Below are positions 1 through 12,539 of a stretch of DNA of 64,000 nucleotides, piece after piece. Numbering within the stretch: position 1 is the stretch's first letter; each line of letters opens with the position of its first letter. Source of the DNA: Octopus vulgaris (Eukaryota); contig OX597821.1 in NCBI GenBank assembly GCA_951406725.2, positions 12,090,001 through 12,154,000 on the forward strand, written 5' to 3'. Position numbers and translations under genes: made by a program. Below the pieces are notes generated by a model. It saw nothing but the letters and a program-made list of their open reading frames with translations, was not told the DNA's origin and did not search any database.

Positions 1-162
1 TAACAGTTGCTAAGTCTTTTGCCAAAATTGGAATATTTCTATAGTTCTTGTTATTTTTGTACTTCAGCCTCAGTTCAGAATAACTGACTGAAACCGCCAC
101 TGATCACATTGTTTCCAGCTATGACCATCTCGCGCTTCCCTCTTGTAATTATGTAGTAATTT

Positions 163-425
163 TCTTCTTCTTCTTCTTCTTCTTCTTCTTCTTCTTCTTC
201 TTCTTCTTCTTCTTCTTCTTCTTCTTCTTCTTCTTCTTCTTCTTCTTCTTTTCTTTCTTTCTTCTTCTTCTTCTTCTTTTTCTTCTTCTTCTTCTTCTTC
301 TTCTACTTCTTCTTTTTTCTTCTTCTTCTTCTTCTTCTACTTCTTCTTTTTTCTTCTTCTTCTTCTACTTCTTCTTCTCTTCTTCTTCTTCTTCTTCTTC
401 TTCTTCTTTTTTCTTCTTCGTCTTC
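163..425. repeat. (TTC)n/(GAA)n microsatellite, probably the expanded tail of the adjacent RTE-derived element
   Basis: About 260 bp of ttc repeats directly abutting the 3' end of a minus-strand RTE-like segment. Confidence 0.95.
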
Positions 426-762
426 ATTCCTCGGGGAACATAGGGTTGCAACAACATCCATCGAAAGGTTTTTTGGGCGGGGATCCCTTTCACATCGGCC
501 CACGTCATTCCGGCTGCCTACACCTCTGCGTCGACACTCCTGCGCCAAAACTCTTTCGGTCTTGGGCGTCAGAAGAGTTATCGGCGCGCTGGCTTCTCGA
601 AGGCTTTCACCAGCTCGCATCATACGCTCTACCGGAGAGGACTGTTTCTCGACCACGTCGGCTGGGAGTGCCGTTTCGGTCCCTGTAACAGGTATGCTTT
701 TATTTTTTTACTAGAGCTGATTGTTAGTGCAATGGTAAACCCCAAAACCCGGAAGGCCAAAC
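426..762 (-). mobile_element. RTE-clade non-LTR retrotransposon derivative (3' end, possibly joined to a 5' UTR piece)
   Basis: Minus strand 570-426 reads roughly RPKEFWRRSVDAEV*AAGMTW...DVVATLCSPRNE, resembling the RTE C-terminus (GRPK.TWRR..E...G.TW....V.ALC), then a (GAA)n tail. Confidence 0.6.
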
Positions 763-789
763 TTACTGATATATAATTCATTGTAATAT

Positions 790-980
790 AGCCACAAGGC
801 CAGAAATCTTGGGAGACGGGCTCAAGTTGCTTTCGTCGACACCAGAGCAGAGATGCTACTTATTTTACTGGTTCCATAATAATGAAAGACAAAGCCGGTG
901 ACGGTGGAGCTTAAATTCTGATTGCAAACTATTTTAACTATTCTATCCGGCGTTGCTAACGATTCTTCTTGCTCGTCAAC
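790..980 (-). mobile_element. Degenerate family B SINE
   Basis: tacttattttactgg...aatgaaagacaaagccg...ctaacgattct matches the reverse complement of family B. Confidence 0.55.
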
Positions 981-1199
981 TTACTGATATCTAAATTGCA
1001 TACTTACAGAGTAGTTAAGATTATGCTCTGCCAAAAATACGCCACCCGAGATTTTTAAAAGAATCTGGAATATATTAGATAATGATAAATATTGATTGAA
1101 GTCATTGATTATTGGTACCAATGCCAACACAATGAGGATTATTATTGTTCAGCTGAGATATATCCCCATTATCAGCATTACTAATACGATTCATAACAT

Positions 1200-1560
1200 A
1201 TATGACCACCACCATCGTTTTTCTACCACCACCACAATTATTACTATCACAACCTTCACCATCATAACCGCCACCTATTCCAATAACACCAATATCGTCA
1301 TGCTCGACCAACTCAATTTACCACTACCATTCCCATTTCCAAAAACATCACTACTGCCGCCAAAATCTGTGATATTTTAACACCACCACCACCACAGCAA
1401 CAACCACTACCACCACCTACGGTTCCAACACTACCATCAATATCACCATAATTACGAACAGTAGCGTAAAGTCAAACACTACCTCCATAACACTACGCAC
1501 CAATACCAACGCACATCACAACTAATAGCACCATCACCATCACCATCAACATCACCGCCA
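1200..1560. repeat. Degenerate (ACC/CAT)n low-complexity tract
   Basis: Imperfect caccac/catcac trinucleotide runs. Confidence 0.75.
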
Positions 1561-1775
1561 TCTTCACATCTACATGTGATGTTTCGCAGGATCAGCAACA
1601 CTGAAACATGATATAAGGAGGCAAGAGAAAGTAATTCGTCAAGATATTTTTCTGCCCCCCCCTCTCCATCCTTCATTCATTTCATGTCTGTCTTCCTTTC
1701 TCTTTGCACCCTTCTCAATTATCGAATTATGCAGACAAGCACACCAAACAGTGGGTAAATACATATACATGCATG

Positions 1776-1778
<3 letters not shown>

Positions 1779-1849
<71 letters not shown>

Positions 1850-1850
1850 A
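1779..1850. repeat. (TA)n(TG)n compound microsatellite
   Basis: Direct reading. Confidence 0.95.
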
Positions 1851-3072
1851 TGCATACATATACATTTTTATATATGTTTGTACATATGAATATATATGTG
1901 TGTATATATAAACACATACACATACATGTTTGTGTATATATATGTATACATATATTCATAAACACACTGATAGAACCCTAAACAGATACACATATACATT
2001 CACATCACAACCATTTGTCTTTGACTAATTATTCTTCTTGGCAGGATCTATTCTATCAATGATGTTGGGGAAGCACGAAATTGTACCTGGTTTTCTGTAG
2101 AATTGACAGCTTTATAGATTCTCAAATTCGCAGAATATCAGTTTTCCTATAGGTTCCGTCTAGCGTCAGTTAATTATCATTTTGTATCCCCTTTTCTCTT
2201 CCCAACATCTCCTCTTGTTTCTCTCTTCTCGTTGCATCTTATAGCACTTCTTCAATCCTTCTTGATTATCCTAACCACCTCACTCTCATTGTCTATCGCT
2301 TCCTTCTTGTTCTATCTCTGCATCTCCTCACCAATCCTTTTCCGACATTACTCTCAATTATCTTCTCCACCAAAACCACACACCGATATTTTAGCATTCT
2401 TCAAGATGTCAGAATATATATCATTCTATCACAGTCAATTTCGTTAGGTCACCCATTTTTGTTTGCTATTCAACGCAGCAGTTTCGCTATAATCTTCCAT
2501 CCCACTAAATTTGTATTATATTTTTCGTGTCATTATATATGTGCTTCTTTTCTCTTTTGTTTTGAATCAATCATTCATTCATTCGTTTATTTACTAATTC
2601 TTTCATTCGCTTGTTCTCTCACCCAGAATTATATTTTACTTCAATGTCAGTCTTCATTGTTCATTTCGCTAATTTTCTTTAGGTTTATATTACATATGTA
2701 TTTTTCATTCTTTGCTTTTTCAATTTATATTCTCAGACCCTCATATATCATGCCGTTTGCAATATTAGAATTTATTATAAATTATCTTTTCTAGACTTCT
2801 TATTTGTCTCGATACCAAATTTTCAATTTGCAACATGTTATTTACATATTTGTCTTGTTTTCTTTATTGCGTTTCACAATATTTGCTTTTCCTTCTTTAA
2901 TAACCTCCCTTAACTCTCTGATTCATCATCGATATATCTTGATATACCGGGTTATTTATTATGTAACGTAGATAGCTTTTGTTTTATATTCTTGACGATA
3001 GAGACAACTAGTAACACCATATACATACATTGCATACGTACAAGCATACGTACAGACACAAGAAATATACAC

Positions 3073-3083
<11 letters not shown>

Positions 3084-3170
<87 letters not shown>

Positions 3171-3190
3171 ATATATATATATATATATAA
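3084..3190. repeat. (TA)n microsatellite
   Basis: Direct reading. Confidence 0.95.
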
Positions 3191-3517
3191 TATACGCATA
3201 TATACCTATATACCTCCACGCACATACACATACATGATTTCACTGGCCTGAAAGTGACAATAATTTCTAAAGGTCCCATTAAAAGTTACCAGCTTATACA
3301 TTTTGCAATGCGTTCTATTCACTCTAATACTTATGCTTCTACTTCTTTCAGTTGTTTAAATACAGCCGTGCTGAACCTCAGTCTTAATGTTGTTTTCATC
3401 TATGTAGCAATGTTGGGTGTCTAAACACAGACACAATGACACGCATACACACTTAAACGCATACGCTCGCACGCACATACACATATACACGATATACATA
3501 TATACATATATATATAA

Positions 3518-3585
<68 letters not shown>

Positions 3586-3731
3586 GTAAATATAAGAGAG
3601 TTACCATTAAGTGGTTAACTCTAGTGCTAGAAATAGCTCCTTATTCTGGTATAGCCACCGAAGTTGTTTCCACAAAAGAAATAACATTACCTTCAACGTA
3701 AGGAAAGTGAAATACAACGAAAAGATAGATT

Positions 3732-3809
3732 AATGCTGAACAATTGTTTCTTTATCAATATAATATGCAATTGTACTCACATATTTATTTATAAGTCATC
3801 AGCAGCATT
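3732..3809 (-). ncRNA. Type I hammerhead ribozyme-like motif
   Basis: Minus strand AATGCTG-CTGATGA-(long stem II region)-GAAAC-AATT-GTT-CAGCATT: perfect 7-bp stem I, intact CUGAUGA and GAAA, palindromic stem III; the pair closing stem II is non-canonical. Confidence 0.6.
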
Positions 3810-4176
3810 TGTCTTCGATACAATTTATTAGACCCTCACGGGCGATAAATACCCTTGCGGTCCAATCGATTGCATACATAGTTGTGATTTAGCCTCCCCG
3901 CCAAAAGCGTATAAATTTGTATTGTCTCCCTGGTTTTTATGTGCTAGGCCACTTGGTGTTAAACTGATGGTATTATTAAATTAATATCTAATTTTTCACC
4001 CTCATTTATGAATTTAAAAATTTAATATACTGCAGTAAATTTTATATGCAGTATCCGTTTCCACTAAGTCTTACCATGCTTTTGGCAGGGAGACTAAATC
4101 ACAACTATGTATGCAATCCATTGGACCGCATGGGCATTTATCGCCCGTGAGGGTCTAATAAATTGTATCGAAGACA

Positions 4177-4254
4177 AATGCTGCTGATGGCTTATAGATA
4201 AATATGTGAGTATAATTGCATATTATATTGATAAAGAAAAAATTGTTCAGCATT
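4177..4254 (+). ncRNA. Degenerate hammerhead-like motif (inverted copy of 3732-3809)
   Basis: AATGCTG-CTGATGG...GAAAA-AATT-GTT-CAGCATT; two substitutions in or next to the core. Confidence 0.45.
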
Positions 4255-4884
4255 AATTTATCTTTTCGTTGTATTTCACTTTCCTTACGTTGAAGGTAAT
4301 GTTATTTCTTTTGTGGAAAGAACTTCGCTGGCTATACCAGAATAAGGAGCTATTTCTAGCACTAGAGTTAACCACTTAACGGTAGCCCTCTTATATTTAC
4401 GTAAAAATTTGTATTGTCTCCATGGTTTTTATGTGCTAGGCCACTTGGTGTTAAACTGATGGTATTATTAATTTAATATCTAATTTTTCGCCCTCATTTA
4501 TGAATATATATATATACTAGCTGACGTACGCGGTAATTCCAGGGAAACTGGGTATGCTGGGCTTGGTATATTTTACCCCAGTGTCACAACATATCATTAG
4601 AGGAACATACAATTACATACCGAAGTAAAGACGAATTTCTATTCCAGTACCATTTATAATTACAAGCGTCCTATTGTATATACTACGAATCTCAAGAATG
4701 TGCCGAGGTACAGGAACTGCACCCATTGTTCTGCATCCAATAGACCTCTGGCTCTTGGTAACTTCAGGTTCTCAGTAAAGTGAATAATAAACAATTAACT
4801 GCAGAGGACGGTATTCTTTATATCATTCTCTGACCGTAGTTCGCCAGACAATTACAATATAAACTTTCATATAATCAATAAATA

Positions 4885-4972
4885 GTTGTCCTGAAGAGTA
4901 GCCTGCGTTACACACCTCACTTGAATACTTCCCACTTCCGAGGCTCAATGCGCCAGGAAACATATGTAGCCT
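4885..4972 (+). ncRNA. Hammerhead-like motif, degenerate
   Basis: CTGAAGA (4891)...GAAAC-ATAT-GTA with palindromic stem III ACATATGT; stem I pairs poorly. Confidence 0.4.
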
Positions 4973-5289
4973 GGATCTTATCTACTCATTTTTTAAAAGT
5001 CCTGTATTCTTATTCGCATAGCAGGCTACCCTGTTTGCCTACTGTGAAATATAAAAACAATGTTTTTCAATTTATCCACAAAATTCTGTCTCAAGAAACC
5101 ACTATTGTCTCTGAAAATTGTTTATTATTATTACTCGGTTTGCTTGAAGCTAACTTTCTTCCTACACATCGATCCTTGGATATTACATATCTGTTGCGTT
5201 ACCAACCTTGTCTCCACTCTTTTGCCTTTAAAAACCCACTTTGCTCTTGTTATCGTAAACATCCGCCTTTCACCATGTGCTACTCCTAA

Positions 5290-5419
5290 CACCAGCCGTT
5301 TTTTTCTCTATCTCCGTTGCCCGCGATCTTTCTTCCTCTCTCTTCCTTCTTTATGTTTCCGACGAAGAGCTCCGCTCGAAACGTCATACCTCCTCTTCCA
5401 TTTCCTGAGCGCCTATAAT

Positions 5420-5420
<1 letters not shown>
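5290..5420 (+). mobile_element. Short Penelope-like module with minimal hammerhead-like motif at 5354-5390
   Basis: GTTT-CCGACGA-AGAGC-TCC-GCTC-GAAA-CGTC-ATAC followed by tttcctgagcg and (TA)n; homologous to 40255-40460 (-). Confidence 0.55.
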
Positions 5421-5462
<42 letters not shown>

Positions 5463-5667
5463 TATGTGTGTGTGTGTGTTTGTGTGCATATATATAATTT
5501 ATATATATATGTATTGATAGATAGATATACATGCATAGGTACATAGCCAAACATACATGCACACTCACACATATATACTATATATCATACTATATATATA
5601 TATATATATATATACATACATATATACCGAATAATTGTCACATATTACATTTACAGATATATATATA

Positions 5668-6073
5668 CTTTTTTTTTTTTACTTGTTTCAGTCATTTGAC
5701 TGCGGCCATGCTGGAGCACCACCTTTAGTCGATCAAATCGACCCCGGGACTTATTCTTTTGTAAGCCCAGTACTTATTCTATCGGTCTCTTTTGCCGAAC
5801 CGCTAAGTAACGGGGACATAAACACACCAGCATCGGTTGTCAAGCAATGCTAGGGGGACAAACACACATACACACAAACACACACACATACATATATATA
5901 TATACATATATACGACAGGCTTCTTTCAGTTTCCGTCTACCAAATCCACTCACAAGGCATTGGTCGGCCCGGGGCTATAGCAGAAAACACTTGCCCAAGA
6001 TGCCACGCAGTGGGACTGAACCCCGAACCATGTGGTTGGTTAGCAAGCTACTTACCACACAGCCACTCCTGCG

Positions 6074-6075
<2 letters not shown>
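5668..6075 (-). mobile_element. Family A tRNA-derived SINE, full length
   Basis: Head GGCGCAGGAGTGGCTGTGTGG (A box)...GGTTCAGTCCC (B box), internal (TA)(TG) tract, tail CATGGCCGCAGTCAAATGACTGAAACAAG; near-identical to 21048-21459. Confidence 0.93.
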
Positions 6076-6111
<36 letters not shown>

Positions 6112-6984
6112 TTAACATTTACATATATATACACACACATATATAGCCATTCATATACGTATCAACTGCATTGCTTACAAAAACACACTCCCGTTTGTGT
6201 TTGCGCATGTGCCTGCGTATGGTTCTTAATATACAGAAAAAAAAGAAACAATATGGCTATATATGTGTACTGTCAATTCAGATGTTCATCAGGAGCTGAA
6301 GTGTCAATTCTTCACTAATCTCGGCTCTTCCACTTTTAATTCTTGATGTGGTGTTTACTAATATATTTCTAATCGTACCTTCGTGCTTCCGTGGTGAATA
6401 TTATAAGAATTTCATTATAGTGTGAAGACTATATATATTTATGCATAGGTATGTATGTTTACGGAAACATTTTCAAATATTTTAATCTGATTCCAGTGTA
6501 TCGAAACGCCTCCCTAAACCTTCTTCACATAACGAGTTTTAGATTTGATTAGTTTATATTTTTTATTTACTTATGAGAAATTGGTAATTCTATAAACATA
6601 GTTTGTAAATTCCAACAAAATACTTGCTTTCATATGCATTTCTTTGACATCCAGATTCCTTTCTTCCCTCCCCATTATATCTTTCCCTCCCATTTTCAGG
6701 TTTTAATCTAAGATGTAAAAAAAAAATTGATTTCGCAAAAGTTGCTTCTAATGTTCAAACAAGAGCCTTCTATAAATTCAATCTTTGATTAACGAAACAG
6801 GCATTTCTCTGGTTTTTAGGGAAGAAAATTAGAAGGCGGTATAGTGAATTATTTCGAAGTTGTTGTAAATGATTTGAGAATTTAATTTCAATTTTTTACC
6901 ATTTTAAGATCTCTACTGATCTCACTGTCTTTTCTATCACAAATACACACACACACAAGCAAACAAACACAGGCACAGAGACAA

Positions 6985-7042
6985 GGAGAGAGAGAGAGAG
7001 GGAGAGGGGAGAGAGAGGGAGAGGGGAGAGAGAGGGAGAGAA
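6985..7042. repeat. (GA)n purine microsatellite
   Basis: Direct reading. Confidence 0.85.
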
Positions 7043-7749
7043 AAGCCTATTCCCGTCATCCGATTATCTGACGGTTACAAAATTTTCTTTTCCTCTTTCA
7101 TCATATTACAATTTGCATTTCTCATTGTTTCTGTAAATCTTCGTTTTAATTTATGTACTTCTAACCCGTTTCACAATCCCTGATGCAGTGTTACGCTCTC
7201 GATACACCACACCTGAGTTATAAGACTTTTTATTGATTGTTCTTTCGGAATTTCTGTAGGTATCTGCGAAGCATTTTCTTCTTCTGTACCTATGCACCAT
7301 TATACATTTTGTCTTAGGTCTCTCTCTTTCTATACTTTTCATTGGCGCGCCGGGAGGAAAGCATTAGCATGCATGTGCATATAAGCGTGTACATCTGTAA
7401 TTGTGTATTTGACTCCAAATTTATCTGGTGCTGAAACATGCATTAACAAGTTCTGGCAATATTTTGGCTACTTTCACTAAGATTCATTATTTTACATCGC
7501 AAAAAGACTTCAATAGTATTAGGAAGTAAATAATTATGATGATGGTTGTAACGACGAGATCGATGATGATCATATCTTTATTGATAGTTAAAGGAATGCT
7601 AACGAGACAGGACGGTACAATATAAGATATGATGCAGGTTACATCCGGGTTTCTAAAATAATTAATTAAGAAAAACAGAGAACAATAGATCAAAACAAGA
7701 AAATAATATTAATAAGCGGGTAGATTTCCGAATGCATGGGAGTTTGGTT

Positions 7750-7978
7750 ATTCAGCTTTATACAAACCTTATTCCGGAGCTGAAGAAAATTCTAACCGGG
7801 CCCCAGCTGCAAGGTCATGCGCAGTTTATCTTGATATGAGATCACCATGTCGTGCACATATCATTGTGATGCATGTGCCTGGTGTAACCTTATCAGACGT
7901 TTAGTCATGAGGGGTATAGTGGACTTCGTATATTTGTACCCCAGTGTTTCTTTGATGGCATGCACTGCTATCTCACGC
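7750..7978 (+). mobile_element. Probable retroelement 3' UTR ending in (AAT)n
   Basis: Runs directly into (AAT)n; a 38-bp piece (gggtat...gtatattt.taccccagtgt) recurs at about 4550-4588. Confidence 0.45.
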
Positions 7979-8028
<50 letters not shown>

Positions 8029-8033
8029 TGATG

Positions 8034-8072
<39 letters not shown>

Positions 8073-8075
8073 GTC

Positions 8076-8123
<48 letters not shown>

Positions 8124-8146
8124 ATAATAATAATAATAATAATAAT
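7979..8146. repeat. (AAT)n(AGT)n(AAT)n compound microsatellite
   Basis: Direct reading. Confidence 0.95.
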
Positions 8147-8660
8147 CAATTCTTTTTTATTGGCCACAAGGGCTGACACGCATGATTACATAAAGGGACA
8201 AAACAGGACGAAAGGTTACAAAGGGTTTTGTCCGTTTTTGAAAAACATCGAGTAAAAATCTTTATAACAATTTAAAAAATTCAACAATGAAAAACTCCCA
8301 AAAGGGGGAGACGTTTCGAAAGGTTCCTGGTGGAAAAAACCCTACAAAAGCCAACGGGAGCCTGGTCAAAAAAAGGGGTGTAGAGAGTCCCTTTTTTCTC
8401 CTTTTCAATTACCTTTTTGAAATTACAGGCGAAACCTGAGAACTGGTCCATTTATACTGGCCAGTCTCGCACAATTCACCCACCTTTCATAAAACTTGCT
8501 ATCGGACAGCACTTTCCTCTCTAACCTCATTTTCCTTTTCAAGGGAAACTTGAAAAAGTTGATGAGGCCTTGGCCAAAGAGGAAAGTGTCTGACTTTAGT
8601 CCTTTCAAACGAGTCCACCACACCACCTCTTTCGCCACAGCCACTAGGCACAATGTCAAA
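8147..8660 (-). mobile_element. Tx1/L1-clade LINE 3' fragment (ORF2 C-terminus plus 3' UTR)
   Basis: LVAVAKEVVWWTRLKG...LINFFKFPLKRKMRLER...FYERW resembles Tx1-type ORF2 C-termini; the UTR ends ccttgtggccaataaa at the microsatellite. Confidence 0.7.
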
Positions 8661-9319
8661 AACTAGCGTAAAAGTCACACTCCGTGCGACCTTTTCGGGT
8701 TGCTTTGTGGCTGGCGAATTGGGCTTGCGGCCCCAAACTACAGAGAACTAAGCGGCATGTCTATAATGACTATATGCCTCAGTGGAGTTTTATCACAAGT
8801 TAAGGACGGATGAGAATTAATTATTTAATGAAACCATTCTATTGTTCCACTCCCTATATAAATTCTAAATGTTGGTCAGTTTGCCCTAAAGTTCTTATCT
8901 CGACAAGCAAATGTCATTTATCGCCTTCTTGATCTCTTACTTTAGCTGCTAGAAATAGCAACCCAAATGTTTTTAAATTAGATCCCAATGGTGGATGTTA
9001 AGGAACCAAATGAAGGACAGATTTTCAATCCCAGGCCATGCAAACTGAAATAGAGAGGTCCCAGAGAGACAGAGAAAGGTTCGCTTTTATAGATGATGAT
9101 GATGATGATGATGATGATAACAGGAACAACAATAATTATAAATTCTGGAGCAAAGCCAGCTATTTCGATTATATCAAACTCTCTACTGGACGTGAAGACG
9201 GACGAAATGCTGCTAAGCATTTTCCCGGTGTACTCACACTCCTGCGAGCATGGCGCCTTATTGCCAACTCGTCAACTTAAACAATAATAACAATAGCAAC
9301 TGTTTCATATTAATAAATC

Positions 9320-9339
9320 AATTATAATAATAATAATAA

Positions 9340-9387
<48 letters not shown>

Positions 9388-9410
9388 CAGCAGCAGAAGC
9401 AGCAGGAGCA
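9320..9410. repeat. (AAT)(AGT)(AGC) compound microsatellite among degenerate family B fragments
   Basis: Direct reading. Confidence 0.85.
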
Positions 9411-10503
9411 CAAGTCTATGAAGGGCGTCAGACGAGGCCATCAAGTCGAAAATTTAATTAGTATGAAAAGCAAAGTTCACTTGTGTGGAATCTCTCATCA
9501 TAACGTAAAAAAGCCGGAAGAAAAGCCGCAAATAATATTTCTGATGCTGTAGCGATTGAGCCAGAATACCGTCTCGAATGATTATTGATGCTGATTCAAT
9601 AACTAAAATTTAGAGAGAGGGGCTTATTTAATCGTAATCGCCTCCCAGTGTTTGACTGGTTCAGTATTCTATGACCACGAAGGAATGCAATTTAAAGATG
9701 AGCGCTACAAGTAAAGCTGTAGAGCATTTACTGAATATTGTTTTCCCCGTTACTCAAGCGATTCTGTGGAAGAGCCGCAATCTCCCTACGTAGAAGAAGG
9801 GAAAAAAATAATAACTATGACGACAAGAATCGCTAGATAAAACATACATGAGAATAAAAGCTAAAAGAAGTATAAAGTATGGTCTGTTTATTTTGTTCCA
9901 ACGAAACACAATAAGTTTCTGAACATGTAAACAATATCACATAATCTTTTAGAAAAACAGATGAATTGGCCTTCAAATAAATACACTGATACACTGATTC
10001 ATTAGATATCGATTGACTAGTTGAATGTAGATGTTAGTTGCATAGACACTTATAACTGTGGTAACACAGTCTCAATATGTCTGGGTGAAAACTTTAAGTA
10101 GTTTATAATATTGGTTTGCTTCTGCCTGAAGAAGTTAATCTTCATCGTCAAACAGACAGTATTAAGCCGAAGGACAGGGCATTCACAATGTCACTTAGTT
10201 AATCCGACTGTCGCTACAGCAAACAATACAAAAGTACACTTTAGTCCGTTATCAGACAAGGATTAACACTATTACAGTAAAATAAATTCCATAACAGCAT
10301 TGGAAATTTACACGCCTGATAATCAAGTTCGGTCTGAATATTCAACTTTATGTCTAGAAATTGCATTCAGAAGCACAGTGAATTCTTGTAAACATAAGAT
10401 GTGTTTGAGACACTCATTTCTTACATCAGAAATACTGGCTCATGGAGATTATGAAGTTCAGGAGAGACATATATTAATTTTAGGCGTGAAATACATAAAC
10501 TCA

Positions 10504-10555
<52 letters not shown>

Positions 10556-10743
10556 TGTGTGTGTGTGTGCATGTATGTATGTCTGTATGTATGGATGTAT
10601 GTATGGACGTGTGTATGAATGCATCTTTCTCTCTCTCTCTATCACTCTATCAATCAATCAATAATTCAATCAATCTATCTATCTATCTATCTATCTATCT
10701 ATATATATATAAATATCTGTCTGTCTGTATGTCTGTCTATCTA

Positions 10744-10774
<31 letters not shown>

Positions 10775-10791
10775 ATTTATATATATATATG

Positions 10792-10865
<74 letters not shown>

Positions 10866-10926
10866 CATACATACATACATACATACATACATACATACAT
10901 ACATACATACATACATTTATATACAT
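10504..10926. repeat. Compound (TG)/(TATC)/(TC)/(TA)/(TACA) microsatellite block
   Basis: Direct reading; explains several spurious ORFs. Confidence 0.95.
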
Positions 10927-11932
10927 TCCTAATCATTATTCATGAGGGCGAAAACTAGCAACTAATTTAAGCATAAACAACTGTCTGGAATTTCGGAAAG
11001 TAACATTGTTGGACAAAAAAAATTAAATTAAATATAACGGAATCCTTCACATTCATTTAGAAACGGTGACAATTTTTTAGTTGTTTACTAAACCTTTTAC
11101 TAAGACTGCATACGTCTATTTATAATTGTGTCCATGTTTTTCGTTTGCTAAGATAATGAAGTGAAGATTGGTCACAAGAGAAGAGAAGAAAGAAAAATAA
11201 ACGATAAAAGATACAGGAAAAAATGTAAGATCGGAAGTATACTTCTAAAAATATGTCTCTTTGTTTCACGTGTGAAGGAATGCAGCTTGGTTATATAGAA
11301 AAAAATGTTTACGCTACACGAAGTTGCAGATATTTACACACCTCTGTCTTTGTATAGTCTTGATTATCCTATTGATTTGAATATCATTAATTATTTCGCA
11401 GGACAGCTGTTAGAAATTTATTTCAACGTGAACTATTTCGATAAACGGAAAAAGATGTGTTGACAAGCTACTTCAGCTGAAGTAAAGTAAGCTCGTTAAT
11501 ATTACATCAGGATGACGTAATACAAAACTGTTATAGAAATATATATATGAAAATTTCACGGAAGAAGCCCTGCTTTAAGGTGGATAATGAAGAAGAAAAA
11601 TGTAGCCAGTAACACTTCTTCGATAATGTTTGTTGAGTTTCTTCTTATATAAAGAAAAATGTATTCCCCTATTTTGATAAAAGTTTTGTTGAGTATAATA
11701 CTGATACAGTATAATTTACTTCACTATGTATTACTCTAACTTAGTTTCATTTTGATTTATGTTATCAAAACGTAGAGTACCCAGTTTACATCGAACGTTA
11801 CGAATTAGATTCCTCGAATTCAGGATTCCATATGCTAATGAACTGAGAGTCAGAAAACTTATAACCTTATTAGTTCCACAAATTTGGTAACATACCCTAG
11901 ATTATTTTTGAGCTTATAAAGTCTGTATAGTT

Positions 11933-12085
11933 CAGGGCAAGACACCAAGAGGAAGACCACTACTGAGGTATAAGGACACTTGCAAAACTAATTAGTCCAA
12001 GTGTGGGGTGGATGTCAGCACCTGGGAAGAAAGGGCTGATGACAGAACAACATGGAGAACTGTGGTGAAAGAAGGAACTGAAGCG
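11933..12085 (+). mobile_element. RTE (BovB-like) LINE C-terminal fragment
   Basis: QGKTPRGRPLLRYKDTCK.N*SKCGVDVSTWEERADDRTTWRTVVKEG, a typical RTE C-terminus. Confidence 0.8.
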
Positions 12086-12132
12086 CATATACACAAACAT
12101 ATACACACACATAAATATATATATATACATAT

Positions 12133-12297
12133 ATACGAGGGGCTTCTTTCAGTTTCCGTTTACGAATCCACTCACAAGGCTTTGGTCGGCCCGAGGCTAT
12201 AGCAGAAGGCACTTGCCCAAGGTGCTACGCGGTGGGACTGATCCCAAAACCATGTAGTTGGTAAGTAAGTTACTTACCAAACAGCAACTTCTGCGCC
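12133..12297 (-). mobile_element. Family A SINE, 5' half
   Basis: Matches the family A head and body up to the internal microsatellite. Confidence 0.9.
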
Positions 12298-12539
12298 TAT
12301 ATTACGAATTTGCTTACATAATTCGAAGTTCTAAAAGATTTTGGTCAGATAGCCTGTATAGCCATATTTCATTCTTTTAAGTATTCCTCAGCCCAATATT
12401 AACTAATTAACAGAGATATTATTTATTGATAGAAAATATTTAGTTTACAAGAAATTCATGAAACACGTATTTTGTTTAGGACTTACTTTTTTCCTGATAG
12501 ATCCTTAGCAGATTAGAATTCGAGAAAAAAGAGGTTGTA

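Larger units (their letters stand above)
3583..4505. mobile_element. Penelope-like pseudo-LTR structure: 328-bp inverted repeat plus 101-bp direct repeat, inside (TA)n
   Basis: 3583-3910 is the near-identical reverse complement of 4076-4403; 3913-4013 repeats directly at 4405-4505; each inverted arm holds a hammerhead-like motif; (TA)n on both flanks. Confidence 0.7.

Noticed and set aside
303-688. 117-aa and 80-aa ORFs
   Set aside because: Off-frame readings of an RTE remnant and its (GAA)n tail
1555-1640. Possible minus-strand mini-exon after a pyrimidine tract ending tttcag
   Set aside because: Weak donor, no recognisable peptide, no partner exons
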